From an uncultured Collinsella sp. (GTDB lineage: Bacteria > Actinomycetota > Coriobacteriia > Coriobacteriales > Coriobacteriaceae), in NCBI GenBank assembly GCA_900549345.1, contig UROC01000001.1, positions 20,432 through 84,431 of the forward strand: DNA of 64,000 nt, written 5' to 3'. Every line of letters begins with the position of its first letter. Position 1 is the stretch's first letter. The position numbers and the translations under genes were made by a program. Shown here in pieces: positions 29,645 through 39,366 of the stretch. Below the pieces are notes generated by a model. The model did not search any database. It was not told where the DNA came from and saw only the letters and a program-made list of their open reading frames with translations.

Positions 29645-29841
29645 ATGTCTGGGCGCCTCATGTGCGCAAGAAAGAATATTACGCGGGAGTTCGGTAAGCG
29701 GCAAGGAAAATCTCGTAGAGCATAATTCCTTCATATTTAGAACTCCTCAGCCCCTATCACCGTGAACGAATCGCAGCCGAGCGCCGCCGGCGGCGCGTAT
29801 ACAATGGTGCGCGTCCTTTTACGCCGACACCTGGAGTAGAC

Positions 29842-30615
29842 ATGCTGCTCGCTATCGATATGGGAAACACGCAGACGGCCATGGGCCTGTTTGACGGAGA
29901 CGAGCTGGTGCAGTCGTGGCGCATGCCCACCGACCGCTCCTATACCGCCGACGAGATCCACGTGCGCCTGATGGGCTTCTTTAAGATGTACGACCTCTCG
30001 CTCGGCGCGGTCGACGCGATCGCCTTTGCCGGCGTGGTGCCGCAGCTCTCGCGCGAGTGGCACGCCGTGGCCAACCGCATCGCGGCAGACGCCATCGTCA
30101 TTGGGCAGCAGACGGCGGCCGTGACCAAGCTGCGGGCGGCGCGTCCCCAGGCCGTTGGTGCCGACCGCATCGCCAACGCCGTCGCTGCCGAGACCTTCTA
30201 CGGCGCTCCGGCGATCGTGGTGGACTTTGGCACCGCAACCAATATCGACGTTATCGACGAGGACGGCTATTACATTGGCGGAGCGATTGCGCCGGGCATC
30301 CGCATTTCGATGGACGCGCTCGCCGCCCGAGCCGCCAAGCTCGCTAGCGTTCCGCTCGAGGCGCCCGAGCACGCCATCGGCCGCGATACCGAGGAGTGCA
30401 TCAAGGTCGGCGCCGTAACGGGCGCCGCCGCCATGGCCGAGGGCCTGGTCGCGCGCATGAAGCGCGAGCTGGGGCGCGAGGACGCCACCGTTATCGCCAC
30501 GGGCGGCCTCGCCAGCATCGTCGCCGATTCGACTGATGCCTTCGACATAGTCGACGGCCAGCTCACCATCAAAGGCATCTGCGAAATCTACCGCCGCATG
30601 CAGAAGCTGGGGTAA
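29842..30615 (+). CDS. coaX: Type III pantothenate kinase
   Basis: LLAIDMGNT, VGADRIAN, VVDFGTATNID, GGAIAPG motifs. Confidence 0.95.
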   Translation: MLLAIDMGNTQTAMGLFDGDELVQSWRMPTDRSYTADEIHVRLMGFFKMYDLSLGAVDAIAFAGVVPQLSREWHAVANRIAADAIVIGQQTAAVTKLRAARPQAVGADRIANAVAAETFYGAPAIVVDFGTATNIDVIDEDGYYIGGAIAPGIRISMDALAARAAKLASVPLEAPEHAIGRDTEECIKVGAVTGAAAMAEGLVARMKRELGREDATVIATGGLASIVADSTDAFDIVDGQLTIKGICEIYRRMQKLG

Positions 30616-30660
30616 GGCGGGGTTTAAGTCGAGCGCGAGCGGCGAACTAGGCAACGCATC

Positions 30661-30709
30661 GGTCCTATTCCTCAAAATCGAAATTTTTTCGATTTTGAGG
30701 AATAGGACC
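30661..30709. repeat. Perfect 23-bp hairpin (family G) downstream of the ATPase gene
   Basis: ggtcctattcctcaaaatcgaaa-ttt-tttcgattttgaggaataggacc. Confidence 0.9.
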
Positions 30710-30714
30710 TTTTG

Positions 30715-31911
30715 CTAAGCCTCGCCGCACAACCACCTCGCCAGGTCCACGATCTGCACCCCATCGCGATCCGTGGCCTCGTGATGCGTGCGAGCAAGAA
30801 TCATCTTGGGATACGCATCGCCAATGCTCAGCAGTGGCGAAATCTCGCGTTCAAACGTCTTATCCGAGCTAATGTCGTCGCTCACCTGGATATAGAGCTT
30901 CTCGCTCCGTTTGATTGCTACAAAGTCTATTTCCTTTTTATAGAGCACGCCGACGTATACCTCGTATCCGCGCCGCAGCAGCTCGATGGCCACCATGTTC
31001 TCGTATACGCGCCCCCAATCCATATCACGTGTACCAAGCAGTGCGTATTTGAACGCGTGGTCTGCCAGGTAATACTTCTCGCCGCTCTTAAGGCATTTTT
31101 TGCCGCGAATGTCGTACCGACGAACTTTATAGAAGGCAAACGCATCGCACAGGTACCCCATGTACGCACCGACCGTTTTGTTCGTTATCTTTAGCCCATC
31201 TGCGTTCAAAACATCCGTAATGTTGCGTGCCGACGTTATGTTGGAGACGTTGTCCATCATGTAATCGGCAATGCGCAGCAGTGCCGATTCGTTTCTCACG
31301 TTATGCCGCTGCACGATATCCCTCACGATGAGCGTTTTGAAGACATTGGAGAGATATTGGTAGCGCTGCTCCTGCAGTGGATAAGGGTAAGAGCCGGACA
31401 TACCGCCGGTTCTCGCGTACCCATCGAAGTCGCGATCGACCTCGCCCTCGTCACTATAGAAGCGATACTCCTCAAACGAGAATGGGAAAACCTCGATCTC
31501 GAACGTACGCCCCGTAAAGAGCGTCGACAGATCGCTCGACAGCAAAAAGGCGTTCGATCCGGTGATGAAGATGTCGTACTGCTCGGATGCATGGAGGCTG
31601 TTGATCGCGCGTTCAAAGCCGTCGCACATCTGAACCTCGTCGATAAGCAGGAAGTTTTGCTTGTCGGACACTCGATGCTCTTTCACATAGGCGAGCAGGG
31701 CATGATATTCGAGCAGGCCCTCGAACTCGTCGAGGTTGTAATTGATATGGATGACATTCGAATTGGACAGATTTGCCTCCACGTAATCGCGGAGGGCCTC
31801 GAGCAATTTTGACTTACCGCTACGGCGAATGCCCGTTATGACCTTGATGTCCGGTACGCCAATAAGGCTCGTCAACGTGTCCATATATGACGTTCTATTG
31901 ATGAGTTTCAT
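30715..31911 (-). CDS. AAA+ ATPase (AAA_14-like) with C-terminal DUF4143-like PD-(D/E)XK domain
   Basis: Walker A GIRRSGKS, Walker B LLIDEVQ, ITGSNA, LFTGR, KYYLADH, YENMVAIEL, KEIDFVA...YIQVS. Confidence 0.85.
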   Translation of the reverse strand: MKLINRTSYMDTLTSLIGVPDIKVITGIRRSGKSKLLEALRDYVEANLSNSNVIHINYNLDEFEGLLEYHALLAYVKEHRVSDKQNFLLIDEVQMCDGFERAINSLHASEQYDIFITGSNAFLLSSDLSTLFTGRTFEIEVFPFSFEEYRFYSDEGEVDRDFDGYARTGGMSGSYPYPLQEQRYQYLSNVFKTLIVRDIVQRHNVRNESALLRIADYMMDNVSNITSARNITDVLNADGLKITNKTVGAYMGYLCDAFAFYKVRRYDIRGKKCLKSGEKYYLADHAFKYALLGTRDMDWGRVYENMVAIELLRRGYEVYVGVLYKKEIDFVAIKRSEKLYIQVSDDISSDKTFEREISPLLSIGDAYPKMILARTHHEATDRDGVQIVDLARWLCGEA

Positions 31912-31937
31912 TGGTGCCTCCCTGCGGTCTTCTATCG

Positions 31938-31978
31938 CTATTCCTCAAAATCGAAAGATTTTCAGTTTTGAGGAATAG
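31938..31978. repeat. Second family G hairpin upstream of the ATPase gene
   Basis: ctattcctcaaaatcgaaa-gat-tttcagttttgaggaatag; left arm identical to 30665-30683. Confidence 0.88.
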
Positions 31979-32075
31979 AATCGCGATGCCACCCTGTAGT
32001 CGCGTAAAGACCCTCCCCGTCACAGCCGAGGAGGGTCTTGTTGCCATCGTTATCTTTGAGTGCGGGCGCCTCGCG

Positions 32076-32777
32076 CTACAGACCGCGAATGCGCACGGCC
32101 TCGGGCGGAAACTCTTGCTCGCTGGCGTCGGTCTTAATGGTCGCGCGGCCCCAGATGTCCAGGCCCGCAAACACGCCGACCGCGAGCGGCAGGCCGTTGG
32201 GCGACACCGCCGCGACCTGACGACCCAGCAGCGGCACCATATCGAAGTACTCACCCAGCACCGGGGCCAGCGGGCCGCCAGCGCCCTGCGGCGTGTTGGC
32301 GGCAACCGCCCAGGCGTCCACGCGAGCGAGCACCGCCGCGGCCAGTGCCTCGACCAGTACCTCATCGCCCATATCCACGCCGAGCTCGCCCAGCGCCGCA
32401 CGCTCAACATCCACCGTCACCGCGGCAAACATGCCCGCGGCACCGGCACCGCCGTTGACGGCGACGCGCGCGAGCGACGTCTCAAACGCAGGCGCGCCGC
32501 ACACGATGTCACTCGGCCACTGGATGCCCACTTTGCCGGCAAGCCCCAGGCCCGGCGTTGCGGCCGTGCCCGCGAGCGCGTCCATCATGCCCATTGCAGC
32601 TACAAATGGCAGGCCGTGGAAGGCGTGCATGTTCACATCGGGGCGCACGACCAGCGAAAACGTCAGCGATGCATCGCCCGCGCTCCACGCGCACCAGCCC
32701 GCGGACGCACCCTCGCGGCCCGCGTCACGCGCCGCGTCGAGCTCGGTACCGGCGGCTACAGCGTTCATCTCGATCAT
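32076..32777 (-). CDS. Degenerate biotin-protein ligase (BirA)-like protein
   Basis: LTFSLVVRP, IQWPSD (compare KWPND), C-terminal GVFAGLDIWGRATI SH3-like region; no GRGR motif. Confidence 0.6.
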   Translation of the reverse strand: MIEMNAVAAGTELDAARDAGREGASAGWCAWSAGDASLTFSLVVRPDVNMHAFHGLPFVAAMGMMDALAGTAATPGLGLAGKVGIQWPSDIVCGAPAFETSLARVAVNGGAGAAGMFAAVTVDVERAALGELGVDMGDEVLVEALAAAVLARVDAWAVAANTPQGAGGPLAPVLGEYFDMVPLLGRQVAAVSPNGLPLAVGVFAGLDIWGRATIKTDASEQEFPPEAVRIRGL

Positions 32778-34511
32778 CTACATACGCCCCAATTCGCCCA
32801 CGATATGGCCCACGCGGTCCTCGGGCTCCTTGACCTCGACGCCGTTGTAGCGGAAGAACCGCGCCGGATCGTGCATCAGATCCTCGAGCGGCACCAGCAC
32901 AAAGTCGCGCTCGCCGATCAGCGGATGCGGCAGGCGCAGCTTCTTGCCGCCGTGGGTCTCGCCGTCCATCCACAGCAGGTCCAGATCGATGGTGCGCGGG
33001 CCGTTGACCTTGGCCTTCTTGGAACGGTCGCGGCCCAGCTCGGCCTCGATCTTCATGAGCTCGTCAAGCAGCACCAGCGGAGCCAGCTCGGTCTTGATCT
33101 CGATGACGGCGTTGGCAAACGCGTCCTGGCGCGTCTCGTAGGCCGGCTCGCTCTCGTAGATGCGCGAGCAGTTGGACACACAGGTGAGCGGGATCTCGGC
33201 AATCATGTCGCGCGCAGCGCGGATGTTGTCGCAGCGATGCCCCAGGTTGGAACCCACGGCCACAAACGTGCGGCGCGGCTGCGGCTTGGCAACGGCCCAG
33301 TAACCGTTCAGGAACTGCGCAAAGCCAGTGACGTCGTGCACGCGCACGATGTTTGCACCGGCCTGGATAGCGCCCAGGCACACACCAAACGTGGCGGCAT
33401 CGCGCGCGGCGGCATCGGTCACGCCCGAGACGGCGCCCACAAAGCGCTTGCGCGACACGGCGCACATGAGCGGATAGCCCAGCGACGCCATCTTGGCGGT
33501 CTCGCGCTGGATGACGATGTCTTCGTTGGCCGTCTTGCCAAAGCCTGGGCCGGGATCGATGCAGATACGGTCGCGCGACACGCCGGCATGGATGAGCGTG
33601 CGGGCCTGGTCGGACAGAAAGCCCATGACGCGGCGCATGATGGGCGCAGAATCGGGCAGGGTAAAGCGGCGGAGCTGCGAGGTGGGCACGTAGGCTTCCT
33701 CACGGCGGGCACTGCGGCGCATCATGGCGGCCAGGTGGTCGCTGGGCTCTGGTGCGGCTTCGGTAGCGGCGGGCACGGTCTCGGGCGCAGCGGCGGCAGG
33801 GGCAGCCTGCTCGGCAGTCGGCGTCTCTGGCTCGTCAACAGGCTCGGGCGCGGGCTCCGGTTCGCCAAACGGCAGCGAGGGCTGTACCACACCGCCCGGA
33901 AGCTTGGCCTCAACCTTGGACTCGCCCAGCAACTTGCCGCGACGGCGACGGGCCGGCTTCTCGGCCTCGCGCGCGGCCTCGGCAGCCGCTTCGCGTGCCT
34001 TCTCGGCGACAAACGCCGCAGCCGAGGTATCGAGCTGCACCGTCGCGTGCGTGCGTGCGGGTACGGCGACCTCGCCGGCGTGCATTACGATGACGCCGCA
34101 GGTGCTCGTCTTAACGAACTCGACCATCTTGGGGTCGGTGAAGCCGGTCACGTCGTTGACAATCGAGGCGCCGCAGCGCACGGCCGCCTTGGCAACCGCC
34201 ACATGACGCGTATCGATCGAGACGATGGCCCCCTCTTTGGCGAGCGCGCGTACGACGGGCAGCACGCGACGCGCCTCCTCGTCGGGGTTGACCGGGGTAA
34301 AGCCGGGGCGCGTGGACTCGCCGCCCACGTCGATGATGTCGGCGCCGGCGTCGAGCATCGCCAGGCCGTACTCGATAGCTGCGTCCGCATCGAAGTGCTC
34401 CCCGCCATCGCTAAACGAATCGGGCGTCACATTGAGGACGCCCATGATGCGCGGACGGTCAAAGCTGAGCTCGTACTTTCCGCACCGCCATGTCTTGCTG
34501 TCGTTCGCCAT
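32778..34511 (-). CDS. folP: Dihydropteroate synthase fused to a C-terminal HPPK (FolP-FolK)
   Basis: IMGVLNVTPDSFSDGG, DVGGESTRPG, IDPGPGFGK, SRKRF, VRVHDV; then VAVGSNLG and GPRTIDLDLL...LPHP (HPPK). Confidence 0.9.
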   Translation of the reverse strand: MANDSKTWRCGKYELSFDRPRIMGVLNVTPDSFSDGGEHFDADAAIEYGLAMLDAGADIIDVGGESTRPGFTPVNPDEEARRVLPVVRALAKEGAIVSIDTRHVAVAKAAVRCGASIVNDVTGFTDPKMVEFVKTSTCGVIVMHAGEVAVPARTHATVQLDTSAAAFVAEKAREAAAEAAREAEKPARRRRGKLLGESKVEAKLPGGVVQPSLPFGEPEPAPEPVDEPETPTAEQAAPAAAAPETVPAATEAAPEPSDHLAAMMRRSARREEAYVPTSQLRRFTLPDSAPIMRRVMGFLSDQARTLIHAGVSRDRICIDPGPGFGKTANEDIVIQRETAKMASLGYPLMCAVSRKRFVGAVSGVTDAAARDAATFGVCLGAIQAGANIVRVHDVTGFAQFLNGYWAVAKPQPRRTFVAVGSNLGHRCDNIRAARDMIAEIPLTCVSNCSRIYESEPAYETRQDAFANAVIEIKTELAPLVLLDELMKIEAELGRDRSKKAKVNGPRTIDLDLLWMDGETHGGKKLRLPHPLIGERDFVLVPLEDLMHDPARFFRYNGVEVKEPEDRVGHIVGELGRM

Positions 34512-34605
34512 GAACATCCTCCTAAAATGCCCACGCCGCCGCGCTCGGGCGCTGGCGGCGGGGTCGCTTTGCAATCAGTCTTTCTATTGTATCCGCGCGC
34601 GCGGG

Positions 34606-35358
34606 CTAGAACGCAAACGCGGCCGCGATGTCGCAAGAAATCAGCAGGTCGGCATTTGCATCCTGGTCGGTGGGCGCCAAATTGCAAATGGCCAGCGTAT
34701 CGCCAGTAAAGTAACGCGTAAGGCCCGCCGCCGGATACACTACGAGCGAGGTCCCACCCACAATAAGGGCATCGGCCGCGGCGATAGCGGCAACGGCACC
34801 GGTGAGCACGCGCTCGTCGAGTGGTTCCTCGTAGAGCACCACATCGGGCTTGATGCGCCCGCCGCACGCGGGGCACACGGGCACGCCCGCGGCACCCTCG
34901 TGCTCGCGCGCGCAAATCCATTCGGCGCTGTAGACCGCGCCGCACGACTGGCAAATGTTGCGATGGACCGATCCGTGCAGCTCAAACACACGCTGCGAGC
35001 CCGCCATCTGATGCAAGCCGTCGATGTTTTGCGTCACCACGGCGTCGAGCTTGCCGGCACGCTCCAGCTCGGCCAGCTTGGTGTGACAGCGGTTGGGCTT
35101 AGCGTTAAGCGCGATCATCTTGGTGCGGTAGAAGTCGAAAAACTCCGCCGGATGCGCCTCGTAAAAGCTGTGCGAGAGCATAGTCTCGGGCGGATAGGAA
35201 AACCGCTGGTGATACAGACCGTCCACGCTGCGGAAATCGGGAATGCCGCTTGCCGTGGAAACGCCCGCGCCGCCAAAGAAGACCACGTGGCTATGGGTTT
35301 CGAACAGCTCCGCCAGCGCGGCGGAGGCCTGTTTGGAGTCCGATATTGCCTGCGTCAT
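34606..35358 (-). CDS. cobB: NAD-dependent protein deacylase (sirtuin)
   Basis: GAGVSTASGIPDFRS, TQNIDGLH, ELHGS, zinc-binding CxxC pairs, GTSLVVYPAA. Confidence 0.93.
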   Translation of the reverse strand: MTQAISDSKQASAALAELFETHSHVVFFGGAGVSTASGIPDFRSVDGLYHQRFSYPPETMLSHSFYEAHPAEFFDFYRTKMIALNAKPNRCHTKLAELERAGKLDAVVTQNIDGLHQMAGSQRVFELHGSVHRNICQSCGAVYSAEWICAREHEGAAGVPVCPACGGRIKPDVVLYEEPLDERVLTGAVAAIAAADALIVGGTSLVVYPAAGLTRYFTGDTLAICNLAPTDQDANADLLISCDIAAAFAF

Positions 35359-35471
35359 ATATGTCCTCCGTCCGTGTCTCCGGGACGGCGGCGTTCGCAC
35401 TATCACTCGCGGACTCCGCCCCGCTCTTGTTGCGTTAATCTTAAGCCTGCCAACCCCGTTGAAAGGACACC

Positions 35472-36290
35472 ATGCCCCAGACTTACACTTTCGCCTCGTG
35501 GAACGTCAACGGCCTGCGCGCCGTGCTCAAAAAAGACCCGAGCTTTATCCAGATCGCACAGGACCTCGACGTCGACATCCTGGCGCTGCAGGAGACCAAG
35601 CTGCAAGAGGGGCAGGTCGATATCGACCTGCCCGGCTATCACCAAACCTGGAGCTACGCCGAGCGCAAGGGCTACTCGGGCACCGCGGTCTTTAGCCGCC
35701 AGGAACCGCTGCGCGTGCTGCGCGCCGACGCGCTGCTGCCCTACGCCGGCGAGGGCGGGGCTGCCGAGCTCGTCGCCCAAGCCGCAACCGAGGGCCGCGT
35801 CTGTGCGCTCGAGTTCGACAAGTTTTGGTTTGTCGACGTCTATACGCCCAACGCCCAAAACGAGCTCGCGCGCATCGATGTACGCATGGCCTGGGACGAT
35901 GCCTACCGCGGCTTTTTGGCAGGCCTCGAGCGCGAGACCGGAAAGCCCGTGGTGACCTGCGGCGACTTTAACGTGGCACACGAGGAGATCGATCTTAAGA
36001 ACCCCAAGTCCAACCGCGGCAACGCAGGCTTTTCGGACGAGGAGCGCGGCAAGTTCACCGAGCTGCTCAACGCCGGCTTTACCGATACCTGGCGCGCGGC
36101 AAATCCGAACGTCGAGGGCGTCTACAGCTGGTGGAGCTACCGCTTTAATGCCCGCAAGAACAACGCAGGCTGGCGCATCGACTACTTCCTGGTAAGCGAC
36201 GCAATCGCTGGCAACGTACGCGACACCGGCATCCGCGGCGACATCTTCGGCAGCGACCACTGCCCCGTCACCCTCGCCCTGGAGCTCTAA
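35472..36290 (+). CDS. xth: Exodeoxyribonuclease III / AP endonuclease
   Basis: SWNVNGLRA, LQETK, CGDFNVAH, GWRIDYF, GSDHCPV. Confidence 0.95.
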   Translation: MPQTYTFASWNVNGLRAVLKKDPSFIQIAQDLDVDILALQETKLQEGQVDIDLPGYHQTWSYAERKGYSGTAVFSRQEPLRVLRADALLPYAGEGGAAELVAQAATEGRVCALEFDKFWFVDVYTPNAQNELARIDVRMAWDDAYRGFLAGLERETGKPVVTCGDFNVAHEEIDLKNPKSNRGNAGFSDEERGKFTELLNAGFTDTWRAANPNVEGVYSWWSYRFNARKNNAGWRIDYFLVSDAIAGNVRDTGIRGDIFGSDHCPVTLALEL

Positions 36291-36307
36291 CCCCCAAACG
36301 ATCCCCC

Positions 36308-36780
36308 GGGGACGGAGGAAAACGGATCATTTTCACCTCGCGAGGGCATCCACGCGACCCACCCGCCACGAAATCGGCCCATCTACTACGTTTAAGCCAC
36401 TACCCTCAACCACAGCGAACAACGCAAAAAGAAAACCGCAGGTAGAAAGCCTGCGGTTTTTCATAAAACGCGGTCATGGTCGGGGGTATCAGGCTAAACG
36501 TAGTAGATGGGCCGATTTCGTAGCGGGCGGGTTCAGTTGACTCCCCGAGGACGTCTGGGGACGGAAGATAACGGATCAGCTTGGCTCTTGAGGGCCACGA
36601 TGCCCGTCATATCAACCTGCCATTTCAAAACTATGCCGGTTTACGGGGCTAAATCGCAAACCCCCAACCATACGCAATTCCGAAATAATAAAACCGCAGG
36701 CAAACGGCTTACTCCATTTCGAAAAAAGCCGGTATGGTCTGTCTGTGCCAATCTAGCCCCGTAAACCGGCATAGTTTTGA
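36308..36780. repeat. Composite intergenic repeat cluster: D (36308-36333), C (36365-36524), degenerate D (36557-36578), B (36626-36779)
   Basis: Each part matches an element at 5588-5992; B arms tcaaaactatgccggtttacggggcta / tagccccgtaaaccggcatagttttga are a perfect 27 bp. Confidence 0.9.
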
Positions 36781-36825
36781 TATAACACCAAGACAGTATT
36801 GGTTCTTGCCTCGGCGCAACCACCA

Positions 36826-37524
36826 CTACAGCCCGTACTTCACGACGACGCGGTTGATGCGGCGACACCAGGGCTTGTACAGAGCGGCCAAAAACACGCA
36901 GGTCGCGAGTCCGTGCGTGATATCGAACGGTACGGCGGTGGCAAGACGCGCTATGGCGCCCGTCCACGTGAGCGGCTGCACAAAACCGATGATGTCATAC
37001 GCGTTGATCACAACGCCGTAGAGCAAGCCCGAGGCAAAGCCGTACGCCATCAGCGCCGGCATGCGCACGGTTCCATCCGCACGGTCGAACGCGCCCGCAT
37101 GCGCCAGCGCGCCGCCAACATAGCCAACCAGACCCCAGGCATACATCTGCCACGGCGTCCACATGCCCTGTCCAAAAAAGAAATTGCTGGTCAGCGCCGC
37201 CAGCGCGCCAACCATAAAACCATTGCGGCGACCAAGCGTCGCCCCCGCGATAATGGCGATGGCGCTCACCGGTTTAAAGTCGGGAATGGGGCCAAACAAG
37301 ATGCGCCCCGCCGCGGCCAACGCCGCCAACACCAGCGTGGGCATAATCTGGCGCAGGCCCGGGCGCGACACCTCGTAACCCGCAAAGAACAGCGCAAGCA
37401 CCAGCGCCACCACGACAAGCATGGCCAACGCTGCCTGCTCAACGCCCGCCAGCAACGCCGCAGCCATCACCGCAGGAACTGCCAGCAGCAGCGGGATTTC
37501 CATATGTTGCAAGACGCGCGACAA
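36826..37524 (-). CDS. ECF transporter substrate-specific S component
   Basis: Multi-TM; PDFKPVSAIAIIAG...GFMVGAL...SNFFFGQGMWTPWQM; same strand as the ECF T and A genes upstream. Confidence 0.8.
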   Translation of the reverse strand: MSRVLQHMEIPLLLAVPAVMAAALLAGVEQAALAMLVVVALVLALFFAGYEVSRPGLRQIMPTLVLAALAAAGRILFGPIPDFKPVSAIAIIAGATLGRRNGFMVGALAALTSNFFFGQGMWTPWQMYAWGLVGYVGGALAHAGAFDRADGTVRMPALMAYGFASGLLYGVVINAYDIIGFVQPLTWTGAIARLATAVPFDITHGLATCVFLAALYKPWCRRINRVVVKYGL

Positions 37525-37645
37525 CGGCAGCCCCCATCAGACGAATGTCCGTTTATGGTAGCACGGGCAAAATGAGGCCGACCAGTCCCCCGGCCGGCCT
37601 TGGCTGCCAGTCGATCAGGCTTTCGCCACGCGACCGGTCTTGGCG

Positions 37646-38116
37646 CTATTCGCCCGTAACTTTAGCGGCAATGGCCGCGACAAAAGGATCGAACAGCAAG
37701 CCGCCCACAACGACAAAGGCCCATCCGCCCACCACGAGGCGAACCCAACGCGAGAAAAACGGCACACCGTCGATAACGCCAACGCCTGACTGAAACGCGA
37801 CTTCAAATAGCCCGATAATGCAGAAGAGCAGAGTAGCGCCCACAACGGTTCCGCAAATCCGTGCGCCCGGAGTGTTCCGATCAAAACCAAAAAACTCAAC
37901 GCACGTCTCAATTGCTTTGCCAAAGAGCGGCAAAAAACCCACGGACTGTGCAATACCGATAGCCAGAATAAGCTGCCCCCAGAAACCAGTAAGTCCCTGA
38001 AAATCTAAGCCAGGCTTTCCCTCAACAATCGGCAGAAATGAACACATGAATAGAGGATTAACGATGCCGTTGAGAATGGTCACAGCGGTACTCTTTTTTA
38101 GTGTCAAGTAAACCAA
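37646..38116 (-). CDS. Small integral membrane protein of unknown function
   Basis: About four hydrophobic segments; GGAG upstream; lies downstream of the MFS genes. Confidence 0.55.
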   Translation of the reverse strand: MVYLTLKKSTAVTILNGIVNPLFMCSFLPIVEGKPGLDFQGLTGFWGQLILAIGIAQSVGFLPLFGKAIETCVEFFGFDRNTPGARICGTVVGATLLFCIIGLFEVAFQSGVGVIDGVPFFSRWVRLVVGGWAFVVVGGLLFDPFVAAIAAKVTGE

Positions 38117-38161
38117 CTCCTTTTGCCCTTGTCGGCCAGGCCCAAAGGGCGAAAACAGGTG

Positions 38162-39361
38162 TTACATAAGTGAATCGGGAGACGGCAGGAATGGAGACGC
38201 CAGCGCCGTCGCGCCAAACAAAACAGCGCACCCAAATAGAAGCGTTTCATAGCTCTCGCCAATGCAGAAGGAGAGGGCCACGGGAATCAAAAACGTAAGT
38301 CCCAGTGAAACGGTGCTCACCACGCCGCCGGCGCTTCCTGCAAGCCCCTCGCGCACCTCGGGCAACATGTAGGGTAGCGACTGAACGACCGGACCGGCGA
38401 CGGCAGTCGAAACGCCAATCGCAAACATGAGCCCGACAGAAGGCTGAGAGACAAAAGCCTCTCCGGCCCACATAAGGGCACTCCCCGCCATTGCGGCGAT
38501 GGCCATAAACACGCGATAGTCGCCAAATTGCGCTCGCGCGTAGGGACCGGCCACGCTGCCGACAATCGACCCAAGCGTCACGAAAGAGGCAAGAAGCCCG
38601 GCGACCTGGGGTTCGGTTGAAACCTCAAGTGCCGAGACAAGATAACCCGAGTACGCCGTAGCCGATGCAAGGGCGACTCCAAGCAGTATCGCCACGAGCC
38701 AAACCATCGGCATCTTGATTACCGCCGCAAACGCACTTGCCGACGATGCAGCAGGCTCCGCGCCCTGAACGCCAAAGCCATCTGCAGCCTGCAGAACATC
38801 TGCCGACGGCGCAACCAGCAGCCACAGCAATCCAAACACGGCAAACAAAACCGCGGCAAGGGTATACGCCTGTCCGGGCGTTGCAAAGAGAGGAGAAGTT
38901 GCAAGCGAGCAGGCGATTCCGCCCGACCCCGCAGCGTAGAACCATCCCATGGCCCTATCGGTTTCTCCGCCAAAAGCGGAACCAAGCACTTTTAGAACGA
39001 TGGCATTCACGACGCATGGTGCCGCGCCCAGAAGCATGGTCGCCGTGAACAGCGTCGCAAACGATGCGCACTCCGCGCGAGCAGCCGCTGCAATTGCAGA
39101 AATCGCCGATGCGATGAATACGAGCACCTTCACGCCATATCGATCGGCGCAAACGCCGACAGGCATGCCGAATACAACGGCAGGAACAAACGGGGCAAAC
39201 AGGACGGCTGAAAACTCGGCCGAGGTCAGATGCAGGTCCGACACAACCAGATGTGCCAATCCCGACACCTGATACTGCGCGTAGTTCGCAGCAAACACGA
39301 TGCCGCACACCACAAACAGCAGGGCATATTTTTCGACCGTCCCTTTGCTCACGTTCATCAC
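38162..39361 (-). CDS. MFS transporter
   Basis: About 12 TMs; GVCADRYGVK MFS motif A; paralogous to 41016-42227 (ANYAQYQVS versus ANYMQYQVS). Confidence 0.85.
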   Translation of the reverse strand: MMNVSKGTVEKYALLFVVCGIVFAANYAQYQVSGLAHLVVSDLHLTSAEFSAVLFAPFVPAVVFGMPVGVCADRYGVKVLVFIASAISAIAAAARAECASFATLFTATMLLGAAPCVVNAIVLKVLGSAFGGETDRAMGWFYAAGSGGIACSLATSPLFATPGQAYTLAAVLFAVFGLLWLLVAPSADVLQAADGFGVQGAEPAASSASAFAAVIKMPMVWLVAILLGVALASATAYSGYLVSALEVSTEPQVAGLLASFVTLGSIVGSVAGPYARAQFGDYRVFMAIAAMAGSALMWAGEAFVSQPSVGLMFAIGVSTAVAGPVVQSLPYMLPEVREGLAGSAGGVVSTVSLGLTFLIPVALSFCIGESYETLLFGCAVLFGATALASPFLPSPDSLM

Positions 39362-39366
39362 CCTAT

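Noticed and set aside
31911..34709. 932-aa plus-strand ORF and similar long antisense ORFs (8695-10551, 26866-28977, 34225-35955, 54372-56084, 45891-47393)
   Set aside because: Shadow frames of well-supported genes on the opposite strand, typical of high-GC codon bias; no recognisable motifs
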